Below are positions 48,168 to 57,579 of a stretch of 64,000 bases of DNA, piece after piece. The translations under genes and the position numbers were made by a program. How positions within the stretch are numbered: the first letter of the stretch is position 1; every line of letters begins with the position of its first letter. This stretch comes from Cyanobacteriota bacterium. Its GTDB lineage: Bacteria; Cyanobacteriota; Cyanobacteriia; PCC-6307; Cyanobiaceae. Under the pieces are notes generated by a model that did not search any database, was not told where the DNA came from, and saw nothing but the letters and a program-made list of their open reading frames with translations. The stretch lies in assembly GCA_046052125.1 (NCBI GenBank), contig JBJOMY010000003.1, positions 192,001 to 256,000 on the forward strand. The letters run 5' to 3'.

Positions 48168-49439
48168 TCAAGCGCCGCTGAGTAGGCGTAGCTTGGTGAA
48201 GAGAAAGCCGAGAACAGTTGTCTGGCGAGTGATGATCTCTGCCTGCACATCCATGCCATGCCTTAAAGAGCAAGTGCGGTTTGCAGATCGCAGCTCTGTT
48301 GTTGAAGGTTTGAGTGAGATCTGGAAAAGTCCTGCTCCGGTAGGCTGGCTCGATTGACCCTGAGCTGCATCGTTTTGTAGGGTGTCGGCAGAGATATTGA
48401 CCACTTTCGCTTTGAGAACACCGTAGTCTGGATAGGGGCATCCAGTGATGCGTAGGTAAGCGTCCTGGCTTGATCTGATGTTGCCGATGTCTCGGCTGGG
48501 GATGCGCACTTGAATCATTTGGGCGGCATCCTTTGGTGCAATCTTGGCAAGAATCTCACCTGCTCTGATCACCTGCTGAGCGTGGCGCATGCCGCTCACC
48601 AACACAGTACCGGCTGTGGGCGCTTTGATCGTGCTATTGATTAGTGCTCTGTTCACCTCCGCGAGTCGCGCGCGCGTGGATTCTAGTAATTTATTTAACT
48701 CTCGATTCTGGTTGGATGTCTTTCCGCGGTCTTGCCTCATTCCTGCGAGCTGAGCGGTTCCCCGCGCACGCTGTTCTTGCATGGCCTGGCGTGCTTTCGC
48801 CAACTCATTCGATGCCAGTTGATACTGTGCCTTCTTCTCATCCACAACACTGGCTGAAACAGCACCAGTGGTGAGCAGGCTTTGATAACGCTGCAGCTCT
48901 GTCTGCCTGAAGTGCAGGGTGGCACTGGCGTTATCAACGTCTCGAGAAGCGGATACGAGTTGGGCGCGGAGGAGTTCTGATGTCGCTGCACTCTGCTGTA
49001 TCAAATCGTTGGCCTGACCGATGCTGCTCTGTTGCTGTGCGATCGATTCATGCAATTCACTTTCTAATTTCTTCTTTTCATTTTCGAGTTGTCGCCGATC
49101 CAGTGCTGCCAGGGCTTGCCCCTTCCTTACCTCTTGATTCTCTTTAATCCATACGGCTGCCAAGCTCCCATCCAGTTGACTTTGGACAACCGTGTTCTCA
49201 CCGTAGGGCCGAACAACCCCAGCAGCACGAACGGTTTCGCGCCATGGCCAGATCGCTAGGCCAATCAGTCCGGCAGTTGCTGTGATGAGCGCATTGCGTC
49301 CTAACGAGTGACTCCAGCGTCCCAGTGATGGTAAAAAGTCGTCTGTGGCGACCAGCATGATCGCCATATCCTGATCAGCGCGTGCTTCAGGTGCGCTGGG
49401 TTTGTTTGATTGTTGTTGAAGATCGAGATTGCTCATCAT
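48168..49439 (-). CDS. HlyD family type I secretion membrane fusion protein
   Basis: TM, VRAAGVVRP, V...ENQ.V.KGQ, IKAP.AG, PYPDYG.L, GM.V.AEI. Confidence 0.93.
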   Translation of the reverse strand: MMSNLDLQQQSNKPSAPEARADQDMAIMLVATDDFLPSLGRWSHSLGRNALITATAGLIGLAIWPWRETVRAAGVVRPYGENTVVQSQLDGSLAAVWIKENQEVRKGQALAALDRRQLENEKKKLESELHESIAQQQSSIGQANDLIQQSAATSELLRAQLVSASRDVDNASATLHFRQTELQRYQSLLTTGAVSASVVDEKKAQYQLASNELAKARQAMQEQRARGTAQLAGMRQDRGKTSNQNRELNKLLESTRARLAEVNRALINSTIKAPTAGTVLVSGMRHAQQVIRAGEILAKIAPKDAAQMIQVRIPSRDIGNIRSSQDAYLRITGCPYPDYGVLKAKVVNISADTLQNDAAQGQSSQPTGAGLFQISLKPSTTELRSANRTCSLRHGMDVQAEIITRQTTVLGFLFTKLRLLSGA

Positions 49440-51667
49440 CAGCTTGCCGATAAGTAAGGGGAAACAAGTAGGCTTTCTTGTAGAGCACTTGGTTGGTCTT
49501 GCTGTTTCACCTTCCCTTGATCGATATAGATGATCCAATCAGCACGAAGGATGACGGAGGGTCTGTGGCTCACCATGATGGTTGTTTTCCCTTTTCGATG
49601 TGTGAGCAGCTGATTCATCAGGCGCTGTTCAAGCACTGGATCCAGTGCGGAGGTTGATTCGTCTAGGATCACCACAGGTGGGTCGTTGATCAAAGCCCGA
49701 GCCAGGGCTAATCGTTGCCGTTGCCCTCCTGAAAGATTGGCTCCAAACTCGCCAAGAACTGTTCCATAGCCATCGGGTAGCTCTCGGATAAAATCATCAG
49801 CCAATGCAAGCCTGCACGCTTCTACAATCTCTGGAAAGCTAATGGCAGGATGGCTAAATACGAAATTCTCGTAGATGCTCCGATTGAAAAAGTGTGAGTC
49901 TTGAGGCACCAAGACAACTTGCCTTCGCAGGCATTCGAGGCTGAGGTCTCTTGAGCTGAAGGAACCGTAGTGAATGGTTCCTTGTTCCGGTGGATAGAAG
50001 CCAGCGATCAGCTTGCTGATGCTGCTTTTGCCACAACCCGACTGACCGATCAGAGCTGTTGTTAAACCACCTGGGATCTCGACACTGAATCCTTCGAGTA
50101 GTGCGCGACGGCCAGGGTAATGCCAGGTGATGTTCTCACATCTGATCGCAGCCTGAGGGCTAATCTGTGCGTAATGACGATTCTTGCTTAGTGCATCTTC
50201 CGGTTCTCTCTCCATCACCTCTGATAACCGCCGTAGGACAACGCCAGCTGTAATGGCTTCCTGGGAGATGGCGCTCAGTCCCGTCAGGAAGGCTAAAACG
50301 TTAGCCCCCATCCCGTTGAAGGCAAGAAGTTGCCCGATGCTCAGGTCATTGTTGATGACAAAGCTACTGCCATACCAAAGCAAGGCAATTGAGCCAAGAC
50401 CTCCTAGTAATCCAGTGGCTGTACTTTCGTTGAGGCGGAGTTGTGTGCCTGCCCAGCTGAGCCGTGCCAACCTGCCAAAGTTTCGCTGGTACTCCTGCCA
50501 GGCTTGTGGTGTTGCCTCTGTTGTTTTGAGTACCGTCGCTGCTCGAAACACTTCCACCAGATAACCCTGGTTGTCTGCTGCCCCGACCAGTAGTTGCTTT
50601 GTCTTCGTCTGAATAAGTGGTAAAAAGCAGAGATTGCATACCACTACAGCTGTGTAGCACGCGACCGCGGCGATAGCCAAAGGTGCTGAGTAGGCGATCA
50701 TCCAGACCAAAGAAATTGCTGCGATGCATAGCTGGCTCGGTAGGCCGGTAACGACGGCGGTCAACAGCTCGTTGATCTTCTGAATGTCACTGATACGACT
50801 AACAACTTCACCGCTTCGATGGCTTTCAAAGTAGTTGATTGGTAGGCGAAATAAGCGTTGGCCATAATGCAGAATCATCTGCAGCTGCAGTTTCTGGCCA
50901 AAGTGCCCCACCATCTGTCCCTGCACCCAGCCCAGTCCATGGCGGAGTGCAGTGAGCAGCATGATTCCAATGCTCAGCGCCGCGAGCATATGAGTATCTC
51001 CTCTGACCAGCACATCGTCGGTCAGGATCTGCATGAGTACAGGCATGCCTAGGGCGAGGCTGCCGATCACAACATTGAGCAGTAAGGCCTGAGTTAATAG
51101 GCCTTTAAAGGGCTTCACGAACTGGGTGAAGATCCAGATCCCTGGCGTGCCTTTGTCTTCCTCATTCTGAGTAAATCTGGCGGGATCTGGTTCCAGTAAT
51201 AGAAGCACCCCATTCTGCCAATGGTGGAGGAACTCGCGATCACTGAGTTCACGAAGTCCAACTGCAGGGTCAGCTACAACAAGCAGCTGATTCTGATTGC
51301 GGCCATGTAAGACGACCCAGTGGTTGCCGTTCCAATGGCAAATGACAGGGAGTGGTACTTCGTTAATCGATTCAAGTATCGATTCGTCAGCCTTTGCTGC
51401 ACGAGCTATGAGCCCCAGCTGCTCAGCTCCCCGTTTCAGTCCAAGGAGCGTGGTGCCGTTGGCCATAGTGCCGACGGCTTCTCGCACGTTGCCAATGCTC
51501 ACGGCACGACCGTGTTGCGCGCAGATCGTTGCAATGCAGGCTGCTCCGCAGTCCTCTTCGCTGAATTGTCGAACGCAGGCAAATTGCCGTTGCTGATGCG
51601 TCAGGAATTGGCGAAGGCCGTTATGCAAGGTCTTGATTCTGTCCTTGCTGAACATCTGAAGGGGCAT
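49439..51667 (-). CDS. C39 peptidase-containing ABC transporter (PCAT, PteB/SunT-type)
   Basis: Q..EEDCGAAC Cys, HWVV His, DPA; Walker A GQSGCGKS, LSGGQRQR, ILDESTS; start may be 51694 or 51655. Confidence 0.95.
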   Translation of the reverse strand: MPLQMFSKDRIKTLHNGLRQFLTHQQRQFACVRQFSEEDCGAACIATICAQHGRAVSIGNVREAVGTMANGTTLLGLKRGAEQLGLIARAAKADESILESINEVPLPVICHWNGNHWVVLHGRNQNQLLVVADPAVGLRELSDREFLHHWQNGVLLLLEPDPARFTQNEEDKGTPGIWIFTQFVKPFKGLLTQALLLNVVIGSLALGMPVLMQILTDDVLVRGDTHMLAALSIGIMLLTALRHGLGWVQGQMVGHFGQKLQLQMILHYGQRLFRLPINYFESHRSGEVVSRISDIQKINELLTAVVTGLPSQLCIAAISLVWMIAYSAPLAIAAVACYTAVVVCNLCFLPLIQTKTKQLLVGAADNQGYLVEVFRAATVLKTTEATPQAWQEYQRNFGRLARLSWAGTQLRLNESTATGLLGGLGSIALLWYGSSFVINNDLSIGQLLAFNGMGANVLAFLTGLSAISQEAITAGVVLRRLSEVMEREPEDALSKNRHYAQISPQAAIRCENITWHYPGRRALLEGFSVEIPGGLTTALIGQSGCGKSSISKLIAGFYPPEQGTIHYGSFSSRDLSLECLRRQVVLVPQDSHFFNRSIYENFVFSHPAISFPEIVEACRLALADDFIRELPDGYGTVLGEFGANLSGGQRQRLALARALINDPPVVILDESTSALDPVLEQRLMNQLLTHRKGKTTIMVSHRPSVILRADWIIYIDQGKVKQQDQPSALQESLLVSPYLSAS

Positions 51668-51713
51668 GGGCTCTGCCGAAGTGCTCTTGCGCAAAGGCCA
51701 ACAGTGGCCATTG

Positions 51714-51742
51714 AGAAAGGAGGTCTCATAGGTGAGACCTCC
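51714..51742 (-). terminator. Stem-loop between peptide gene 2 and the PCAT gene
   Basis: GGAGGTCTCA-tagg-TGAGACCTCC perfect 10-bp stem followed by TTTCTC on the minus strand. Confidence 0.55.
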
Positions 51743-51768
51743 ACTTAGTAGCTCAGGATTTCAGTGCT

Positions 51769-51981
51769 TCATCCCAGCCAGTTCTTGCCAGCAAGCAGAT
51801 CCATGAGTGTTGTGTTAATGGAGCCTGTGTTGCCTTGACCCACCATGGCGGTGCCTTCTAGCAGGCCTACAGCCGTTCCGACGTTGACCGGTGTGATGAC
51901 TCCCAGGTTGATGCTGGGGAGCACAAGAGCGTATCCACCACCGCTGATGGCTTCGCACTGATGATCGTTCAGGAATTGCAT
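51769..51981 (-). CDS. Double-glycine leader secreted peptide 2 (70 aa)
   Basis: MQFLNDHQCEAISGG leader, then a Gly/Val/Asn-rich core; adjacent to the PCAT. Confidence 0.82.
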   Translation of the reverse strand: MQFLNDHQCEAISGGGYALVLPSINLGVITPVNVGTAVGLLEGTAMVGQGNTGSINTTLMDLLAGKNWLG

Positions 51982-52001
51982 TGTTTTGTTGGAAAATGCT
52001 G

Positions 52002-52026
52002 AAAAAAGGGACCGACAAGCGGTCCC
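52002..52026 (-). terminator. Rho-independent terminator after peptide gene 1
   Basis: Minus strand GGGACCG-cttgt-CGGTCCC-TTTTTT, 8 nt after the stop codon. Confidence 0.75.
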
Positions 52027-52033
52027 GATCTGA

Positions 52034-52258
52034 TCAGAACAGGCTGACGATGACGTTGTAGATGTCAGCGTTGTTGCCCTGGATGGTGCTGGCGAGGGCA
52101 CCGCTGTTGCTCAGGCCGAGCAGGGTGTTGGAGGTGCCGCCAACGGCCCAAGCAGAACCGATATTGCTTTGGCCGATGGCGTTGTAGTTGGCGCCAAAGT
52201 ACACGCCGCCAGTCACCACTTCGCTTTGTGCGTCGGTGAGGAGTTCCAGTTTGGTCAT
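52034..52258 (-). CDS. Double-glycine leader secreted peptide 1 (74 aa)
   Basis: MTKLELLTDAQSEVVTGG leader (L-T-D-x-Q-x-E-x-V-x-GG), Cys-free Asn/Gly/Ser-rich core. Confidence 0.85.
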   Translation of the reverse strand: MTKLELLTDAQSEVVTGGVYFGANYNAIGQSNIGSAWAVGGTSNTLLGLSNSGALASTIQGNNADIYNVIVSLF

Positions 52259-52458
52259 TGTGTGTTTGTTCGATGAACATGGGCTAGGCCCAACTTGGTT
52301 TTATCCGACTGGATCGGCATGGATGATCTTTCTGCGCTTCTGCATCGCCGTGCTGGAGCGATCCGCCTCTTGGCTCGCTTTTGCACCTAATTCGGTTCGC
52401 TTCGTTCACGGCGAATCATCACTGCCTTTCAAGACTGATGCGTGTGAATTGATCGCCA

Positions 52459-52881
52459 ATGGATCCTGGTGCCCTGCGCTTGGGAGCTCTTTGGGCTGCC
52501 TGGCTTTTTGTGATGCTGTTCCATGTGGAGCTTGGCTTAATGCCGCTCTTTCATGGCTTTTCTGTGGAAATCAAGAGCCAGGTCAGTGTCACTCGCTTGC
52601 CGCGTATCTTCTTCGCAATGCTGGTGTATTTCCTAATCCCTGTTCTTGCAATGCTTCTGGCTTTTCATGCGGTTTCAGGCCCTATCGCCTGGAGTGGTGC
52701 ATCTGGCTGGAGAGCGGCTCAGTTCTGGCTAAGCGCCATGTATAGCGGCACAAACGTTGCTCATCTGATCGCTGATATCAAAATTCCCGATGCACGGATG
52801 GATCAGGTTGTGTTGATGCTGGTCCTGACCCTGATTGGTTTGCTCCTGAATTGGCAAGCCTGGCTCTGGTGGCAAGGGTGA
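52459..52881 (+). CDS. Four-TM hypothetical membrane protein
   Basis: Four hydrophobic segments; GTGA overlap with the ZIP gene. Confidence 0.75.
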   Translation: MDPGALRLGALWAAWLFVMLFHVELGLMPLFHGFSVEIKSQVSVTRLPRIFFAMLVYFLIPVLAMLLAFHAVSGPIAWSGASGWRAAQFWLSAMYSGTNVAHLIADIKIPDARMDQVVLMLVLTLIGLLLNWQAWLWWQG

Positions 52882-53633
52882 CGACTTTCTCTGTCATCGT
52901 GTTGGGTTCGCTACTGATGAGTGTGATTGCGCTTGTTGGTGCCATCACCATCGTTCTGCCACCCCGACGCCTTCAGCAACTCCTGATTCCGCTGGTATCG
53001 CTTGCCGCTGGTTCACTGATGGGTGGTGCTCTATTTCACATGATCCCCGAGAGTTATGGGGCCATGGATGCGCGTGTCGCAGGATTTTGGGTGGGTGCTG
53101 GATTTACGTCCTTTTTGGGGTTGGAGATCGTTTTGCATTGGCATCATTCTCATCGCAATCGTCAACACGGCCTTGGCACCCTGCTCAGGCTCGATCGCGA
53201 GCCTTTGGCCTTGTTGATCTTGATCGGTGATGCTCTCCACAATTTTATCTGTGGTATTGGCATTGCTGGCACCTATCTGATTGATCCTGCTTCGGGAGTT
53301 GCAGCTTGGCTGGCTGCGGCAGCCCACGAGATCCCTCAGGAGCTCGGTGACTTCGGGGTGTTGTTACACAGCGGCTGGTCGCGTCGCCGTGCATTGGCTT
53401 GGAATTTCATTTCGGCCCTTAGCTTCCCGCTGGGAGCTTTGCTGGCTTGGCGTTTTCAGGCCGTTTTGCCCTTGGCCCCCTTGGTGCTCTTGGCAGCAGG
53501 AAACTTTCTCTACATCGCGGCTTCCGATCTGGTTCCCGAAATCAAGGCTCAGGATTCCTTGTTGCAGGCCTTGACCAGCTTTTCCTGGTTTGCCGGCGGC
53601 CTGCTGGTGCTTTGGTTGCTTGCTTCAGTCTGA
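52878..53633 (+). CDS. ZIP family metal transporter
   Basis: AAG.L.G..LFHMIPE, His loop HWHHSH, GDALHNF, HEIPQELGDF, FLYIAASDL.PE. Confidence 0.93.
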   Translation: MTTFSVIVLGSLLMSVIALVGAITIVLPPRRLQQLLIPLVSLAAGSLMGGALFHMIPESYGAMDARVAGFWVGAGFTSFLGLEIVLHWHHSHRNRQHGLGTLLRLDREPLALLILIGDALHNFICGIGIAGTYLIDPASGVAAWLAAAAHEIPQELGDFGVLLHSGWSRRRALAWNFISALSFPLGALLAWRFQAVLPLAPLVLLAAGNFLYIAASDLVPEIKAQDSLLQALTSFSWFAGGLLVLWLLASV

Positions 53634-54383
53634 ATGCTGTCCGGCTTCTGTGATTTCCTTCCCCGCACTCTGAATCCTGTGCCGGTGCGGTTGATTGCCG
53701 AAATGCTTGCGGGCAATGGCTAATAGCTCAGCATCCGTGCAGGCAGTGTCATCCACGTGTCCTAGTTCCACACGCTGCACTATTGAAGGGTGGTGTTGTT
53801 CCAAGTGCTTCCGCAGCAGCTGGCGCAGATCGCTTTCTCCATGTCCATGCCCCAGCAGCAGCACCCGATCTGCCTCTAACACCGCTTGACTGAGTTGGTT
53901 CAGATAGGTGGAGTCCAGCGGTGCTCGCTGTCCGGCGACATCTCGGTCATGGCGATGACTCAGGCGCTGATGGCTACTCCAAAGGCCGTGGGGTACGAGC
54001 GAGGTGCTTTCCAGCTCATCGCCAGTCAGCCACCACAGCTTTGCGCCTCGGTGATCCAGGTGGATGACGAGCCGTTTGGATTGATCACCTCGTTCAGATC
54101 GTGGTTCTTCCGTTGGGTGCTGGGGGGTGATGCCGGCTTGTTGTAGAAATCTCCGCAACCGCAGCACTCCTTCTTCGTCGACATAGGCATGCTGCATACC
54201 CGATGCGGCGTGCAACACCACCGAATTGCCGGTGTTGAGTTCCAGCTTCAAGCGATGATCGGATAGGTGCTCCACGGATGCACCCAGTTGCAGCAGCAGT
54301 GCTTCCACATCTGCCATACGCAGCCCGTGCTGCAGGGGATGGCTGAAGAGCGCCTGCAGCGTGTGGGCATGCTGGTGTTTCAT
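53625..54383 (-). CDS. HicA-like N-terminal domain fused to an eRF1/baeRF-like domain
   Basis: N: H..TL.ALF.HP....L...DVEALL..LGA...VLRLRRFL..AGI.P; C: V.HLDH..AK, V..AD.VLL.G.G, L..HHP, TD.ELLA.AR..F. Confidence 0.75.
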   Translation of the reverse strand: MKHQHAHTLQALFSHPLQHGLRMADVEALLLQLGASVEHLSDHRLKLELNTGNSVVLHAASGMQHAYVDEEGVLRLRRFLQQAGITPQHPTEEPRSERGDQSKRLVIHLDHRGAKLWWLTGDELESTSLVPHGLWSSHQRLSHRHDRDVAGQRAPLDSTYLNQLSQAVLEADRVLLLGHGHGESDLRQLLRKHLEQHHPSIVQRVELGHVDDTACTDAELLAIARKHFGNQPHRHRIQSAGKEITEAGQHSD

Positions 54384-54454
54384 CACGTTGGTGGTGATCA
54401 CTTAAGGCAACGCTATGGAACCCAGACCGACCTGGCGTTGTTCTGCAGCTGGCT

Positions 54455-55489
54455 TCAACAGATGCGCGGCAGCTGTTCACCTCGCTGTAGCTCCAGCGGC
54501 CTGAGGACACCCAATCCGTTGCGCAGACTCACTGGATGCCGCCGATTAACCCCTGTCATCCGAGCTGATGCCGCTTGCACAACTCCGATCCTGTCGGCAT
54601 CGCGTTGGTGACGTCGCAGCACCGATAGAGCGCGTTCCGCATCAGCCTGGGGGCACATCACCAGCATGCGACCTTCATTCGCCATCGCCAGCGGATCCAG
54701 GCCCAGCAGATCGCAGGCGCTCCGTACAGGTTTGCTGAACGGAATCGAGGTTTCGTCGAGTTCCACCGTGCACTGTGCTCCCCTTGCGATTTCGTCAATG
54801 GCGCTGGCCAACCCGCCGCGCGTGAGATCCCTGAGGCAGTGCAGCGCTATCCCTTCAGCGAGTAAGTCCTGCACCGTGCTGTGCAGTGGTGCCAGGTCGC
54901 TCTCAAGCGCGCAGCGAAATCCCAGCTCCTGCCGTGCCATCAGGATCGCTACGCCGTGTCGTCCGAGATCGCCACTCACCAGCACCGCATCGCCTGGCTG
55001 TAGAGCCGATGGATGGATGGTTTGCCCGTGCTCCACCACCCCAATGGCGCTGGTGTTGATGAAGAGCCCATCGCCCTTGCCCCGCTCCACCACCTTGGTA
55101 TCGCCCGTGATCACCTTCACACCGCACTGATCAGCCGCCGCTCGGATCGAATCCACCACCCGCTGCAACGTGGCGATTGGCAAGCCTTCCTCCACGATTA
55201 GTCCCAGGCTCATTGCAGCGGCTTTGGCACCCGCCATGGCTAGATCGTTCACGCTTCCAAAGACAGCCAGGCGGCCGATGTCGCCTCCCGGGAAGAACAA
55301 CGGTCTCACCACGTAGGAGTCGGTGGTGAAGGCCAACTGCTGCCCAGGGCTTGCGAACACCGCGGCATCGTGCAGTACGCCATCCGCTGGTCCGAAGGCC
55401 GGCAGCAAGAGCTCCTGAATCAGCTGCTGGCTCAACCGCCCACCTCCACCGTGAGCCAGTTGGATCGTGGCATTGTTAGCTCCCATCAT
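54455..55489 (-). CDS. hypE: Hydrogenase maturation protein HypE
   Basis: LAHGGGG, TTDSYVV.PLFFPGGDIG, GDTKVV, RDLTRGG, ANEG, C-terminal PRIC. Confidence 0.97.
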   Translation of the reverse strand: MMGANNATIQLAHGGGGRLSQQLIQELLLPAFGPADGVLHDAAVFASPGQQLAFTTDSYVVRPLFFPGGDIGRLAVFGSVNDLAMAGAKAAAMSLGLIVEEGLPIATLQRVVDSIRAAADQCGVKVITGDTKVVERGKGDGLFINTSAIGVVEHGQTIHPSALQPGDAVLVSGDLGRHGVAILMARQELGFRCALESDLAPLHSTVQDLLAEGIALHCLRDLTRGGLASAIDEIARGAQCTVELDETSIPFSKPVRSACDLLGLDPLAMANEGRMLVMCPQADAERALSVLRRHQRDADRIGVVQAASARMTGVNRRHPVSLRNGLGVLRPLELQRGEQLPRIC

Positions 55490-56563
55490 TCAGCGTTGGT
55501 AGCGGTAGTAGGCCGCGCAGGCTCCTTCGCTCGACACCATCGGCGCCCCCATGGGTGCATCGGGTGTGCAGCGGGTACCAAAGCTTGGGCAATCACTGGG
55601 CCGGAGCAGGCCCTGCAACACCAGACCACTCGGGCATGTTTCTGGCGTTGCGGCAGTGCTGCTGGCGCTCGTTCCTTGTGCTCGGTGTACCGCCAACCGA
55701 TCGAATGGCGCCCTCAGCTGATAACCGCCGGCTCGAATCAGGCCTAGCCCCCTCCAGCGCGTGTCCACAGGTTCAAACACCTCCCCCAACAGCCGCTGGG
55801 CGCCTGGATTGCCGCCGCTTCTCACCGCGTTGACGTAGGCGTTCTCCAGTTGATGTCGGCCACTCTCGAGTTGCCGAACACAGCGCAGGATTCCCTGCAG
55901 CAACTCCTCCGCTGTGAAGCCGGTGATCACCACCGGCCGCTGATGCTTCTGCACCAGGGTCTTGAGTTCAGCGTCTCCCAGCACCGTGCACACGTGGCCG
56001 GCCGCTAACACCCCTTCCACGGCGCAGGCGGGATCGCTCAACAGCTGATCCAACACTGGGGCGACTCGCACATGGGCCACCAGCAGCTGCAGGTTGGACA
56101 ACCCTGCTGTTAAGGCCTGCTGTGCCAGAAGGGCTGTGGCTGGTGCGGTGGTTTCAAAGCCAACGGCGAAGAACACCACATGGCGGCCGGGATGTTGCCG
56201 GGCCAGGGTCAGCACATCCAACGGCGCGTAGACGATCCGCACATCTGCACCGACGGCGCGCAGGCTCAGCAGATCGCTGCCGGTGCTGCCAGGTACCCGC
56301 AGCATGTCGCCATAGGTGCACAGGATCACCCGTGGATCTTGCGCCAGAGCCAGGGCCTGGTCGATGCGCTCAAGAGCTGTGACGCACACCGGGCAGCCGG
56401 GGCCGTGGATCAGGGTGATCGCTTCAGGAAGGAGCTGATCGATGCCATGGCGCAACAGGGCGTGGGTTTGGCCGCCGCACACCTCCATCAGCGTCCAGGG
56501 CCGGCTGCACTCGGCATGGATCTGCTGGAGCAGCTCGCTGGCGGTGGTGTTCGCGCTGCTCAT
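55490..56563 (-). CDS. hypD: Hydrogenase maturation protein HypD
   Basis: MEVCGGQT, HGPGCPVC, GFETT, GHV, MVSSEGACAAYY. Confidence 0.97.
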   Translation of the reverse strand: MSSANTTASELLQQIHAECSRPWTLMEVCGGQTHALLRHGIDQLLPEAITLIHGPGCPVCVTALERIDQALALAQDPRVILCTYGDMLRVPGSTGSDLLSLRAVGADVRIVYAPLDVLTLARQHPGRHVVFFAVGFETTAPATALLAQQALTAGLSNLQLLVAHVRVAPVLDQLLSDPACAVEGVLAAGHVCTVLGDAELKTLVQKHQRPVVITGFTAEELLQGILRCVRQLESGRHQLENAYVNAVRSGGNPGAQRLLGEVFEPVDTRWRGLGLIRAGGYQLRAPFDRLAVHRAQGTSASSTAATPETCPSGLVLQGLLRPSDCPSFGTRCTPDAPMGAPMVSSEGACAAYYRYQR

Positions 56564-57579
56564 GTCTCGGACAGCCAGGGCGTGCTGTAGCTGCTTAACG
56601 CCCTCAGGTACTGCGCGCGCTCAAAGGCTTCGGGGTTCGGGCAGCGCTGCTGGCTGAGGCTGCCCCGCAGGGTTTCCAACTCGTGAACGTCGTGCTCGAG
56701 CAGCCACTGCATCAGCTCAGCGTGCATGCGCTCCAGCTGTCCGGGCCCATGGCGCAGCAGGGCACTCACCACTTGCGTCACCTGGGCACCCACCATCAGC
56801 ATGCGCACCACATCGGCGCCTGTGCTGATGCCGGTGCTGGCGGCGAGCTCCAGATCCACCCGGCCGTGCAGCAATCCGATCCAGCGCAGTGGTAGCCGTT
56901 GTTCTCCGGCATGGCTGAGCTCCAGATGGCTGTCGGTCTCAAGGGTGTCGATGTTCACCTCCGGTTGCAGGAATCGGTTGAACAGCACCAGGGCTCCGGC
57001 ACCAGCCAGCTGCAGCTGGCGAGCCATGGATGCCAGGGCCGTGTACCAGGGGCTGAGTTTCACGGCCACAGGCAGGCGGGTTGCGCTGCACACCTGGCGA
57101 ACGATCGCGATCTGTTCGGCTTCCAGCTCGGCACTGCTGCGGTTGGTGTCGCTGGGCACGCTGTAGAGATTGAGTTCGATCGCTGCTGCTCCCGCCTGCT
57201 CGATGGCGACGGCCGCGGATTGCCAGTGAGCGGGATGGTTGCCATTGAGGCTGGCGATCACCGGAATCGATAGAGCCTTGCTGGCCCTTTGGACCTCTTC
57301 GAGGTAGCCATCGAGGCCCAGATGGTGTGGTGTATTGGCCGGGACGTAGCTGATGGCTTCCGCGTAGCTCTCGCTGCCGTGCTGTTGGTGGTGAAGCCAC
57401 TCCTGCCAGTCGCGCTCGATCTGCTCCAGAAACAGCGAGTGCAACACGACCGCTCCGGCTCCTTCTCGCTCCAGTTGCACCAGGCGCTCCAGATCGGTGC
57501 TGAGTGGAGCAGCCGCACCCACCACCAGCGGTGAAGGCAACTCCAGACCCAGATAGCGCGTGGCCAGGGAGATGGTCAT
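56560..57579 (-). CDS. Dihydroorotate dehydrogenase-like FMN protein
   Basis: T.YLGL.L.SP, SLF.EQI, IASLNG, IELN, VKLSP, LVLFNRF.QP, LRWIG.L; start MTISLA overlaps the nifJ stop. Confidence 0.9.
   Translation of the reverse strand: MTISLATRYLGLELPSPLVVGAAAPLSTDLERLVQLEREGAGAVVLHSLFLEQIERDWQEWLHHQQHGSESYAEAISYVPANTPHHLGLDGYLEEVQRASKALSIPVIASLNGNHPAHWQSAAVAIEQAGAAAIELNLYSVPSDTNRSSAELEAEQIAIVRQVCSATRLPVAVKLSPWYTALASMARQLQLAGAGALVLFNRFLQPEVNIDTLETDSHLELSHAGEQRLPLRWIGLLHGRVDLELAASTGISTGADVVRMLMVGAQVTQVVSALLRHGPGQLERMHAELMQWLLEHDVHELETLRGSLSQQRCPNPEAFERAQYLRALSSYSTPWLSET

Noticed and set aside
51769..52258. Peptides as lanthipeptide (prochlorosin/Nif11-type) precursors
   Set aside because: The leaders are only 15-18 aa, the cores have no Cys, and no LanM is in the window.
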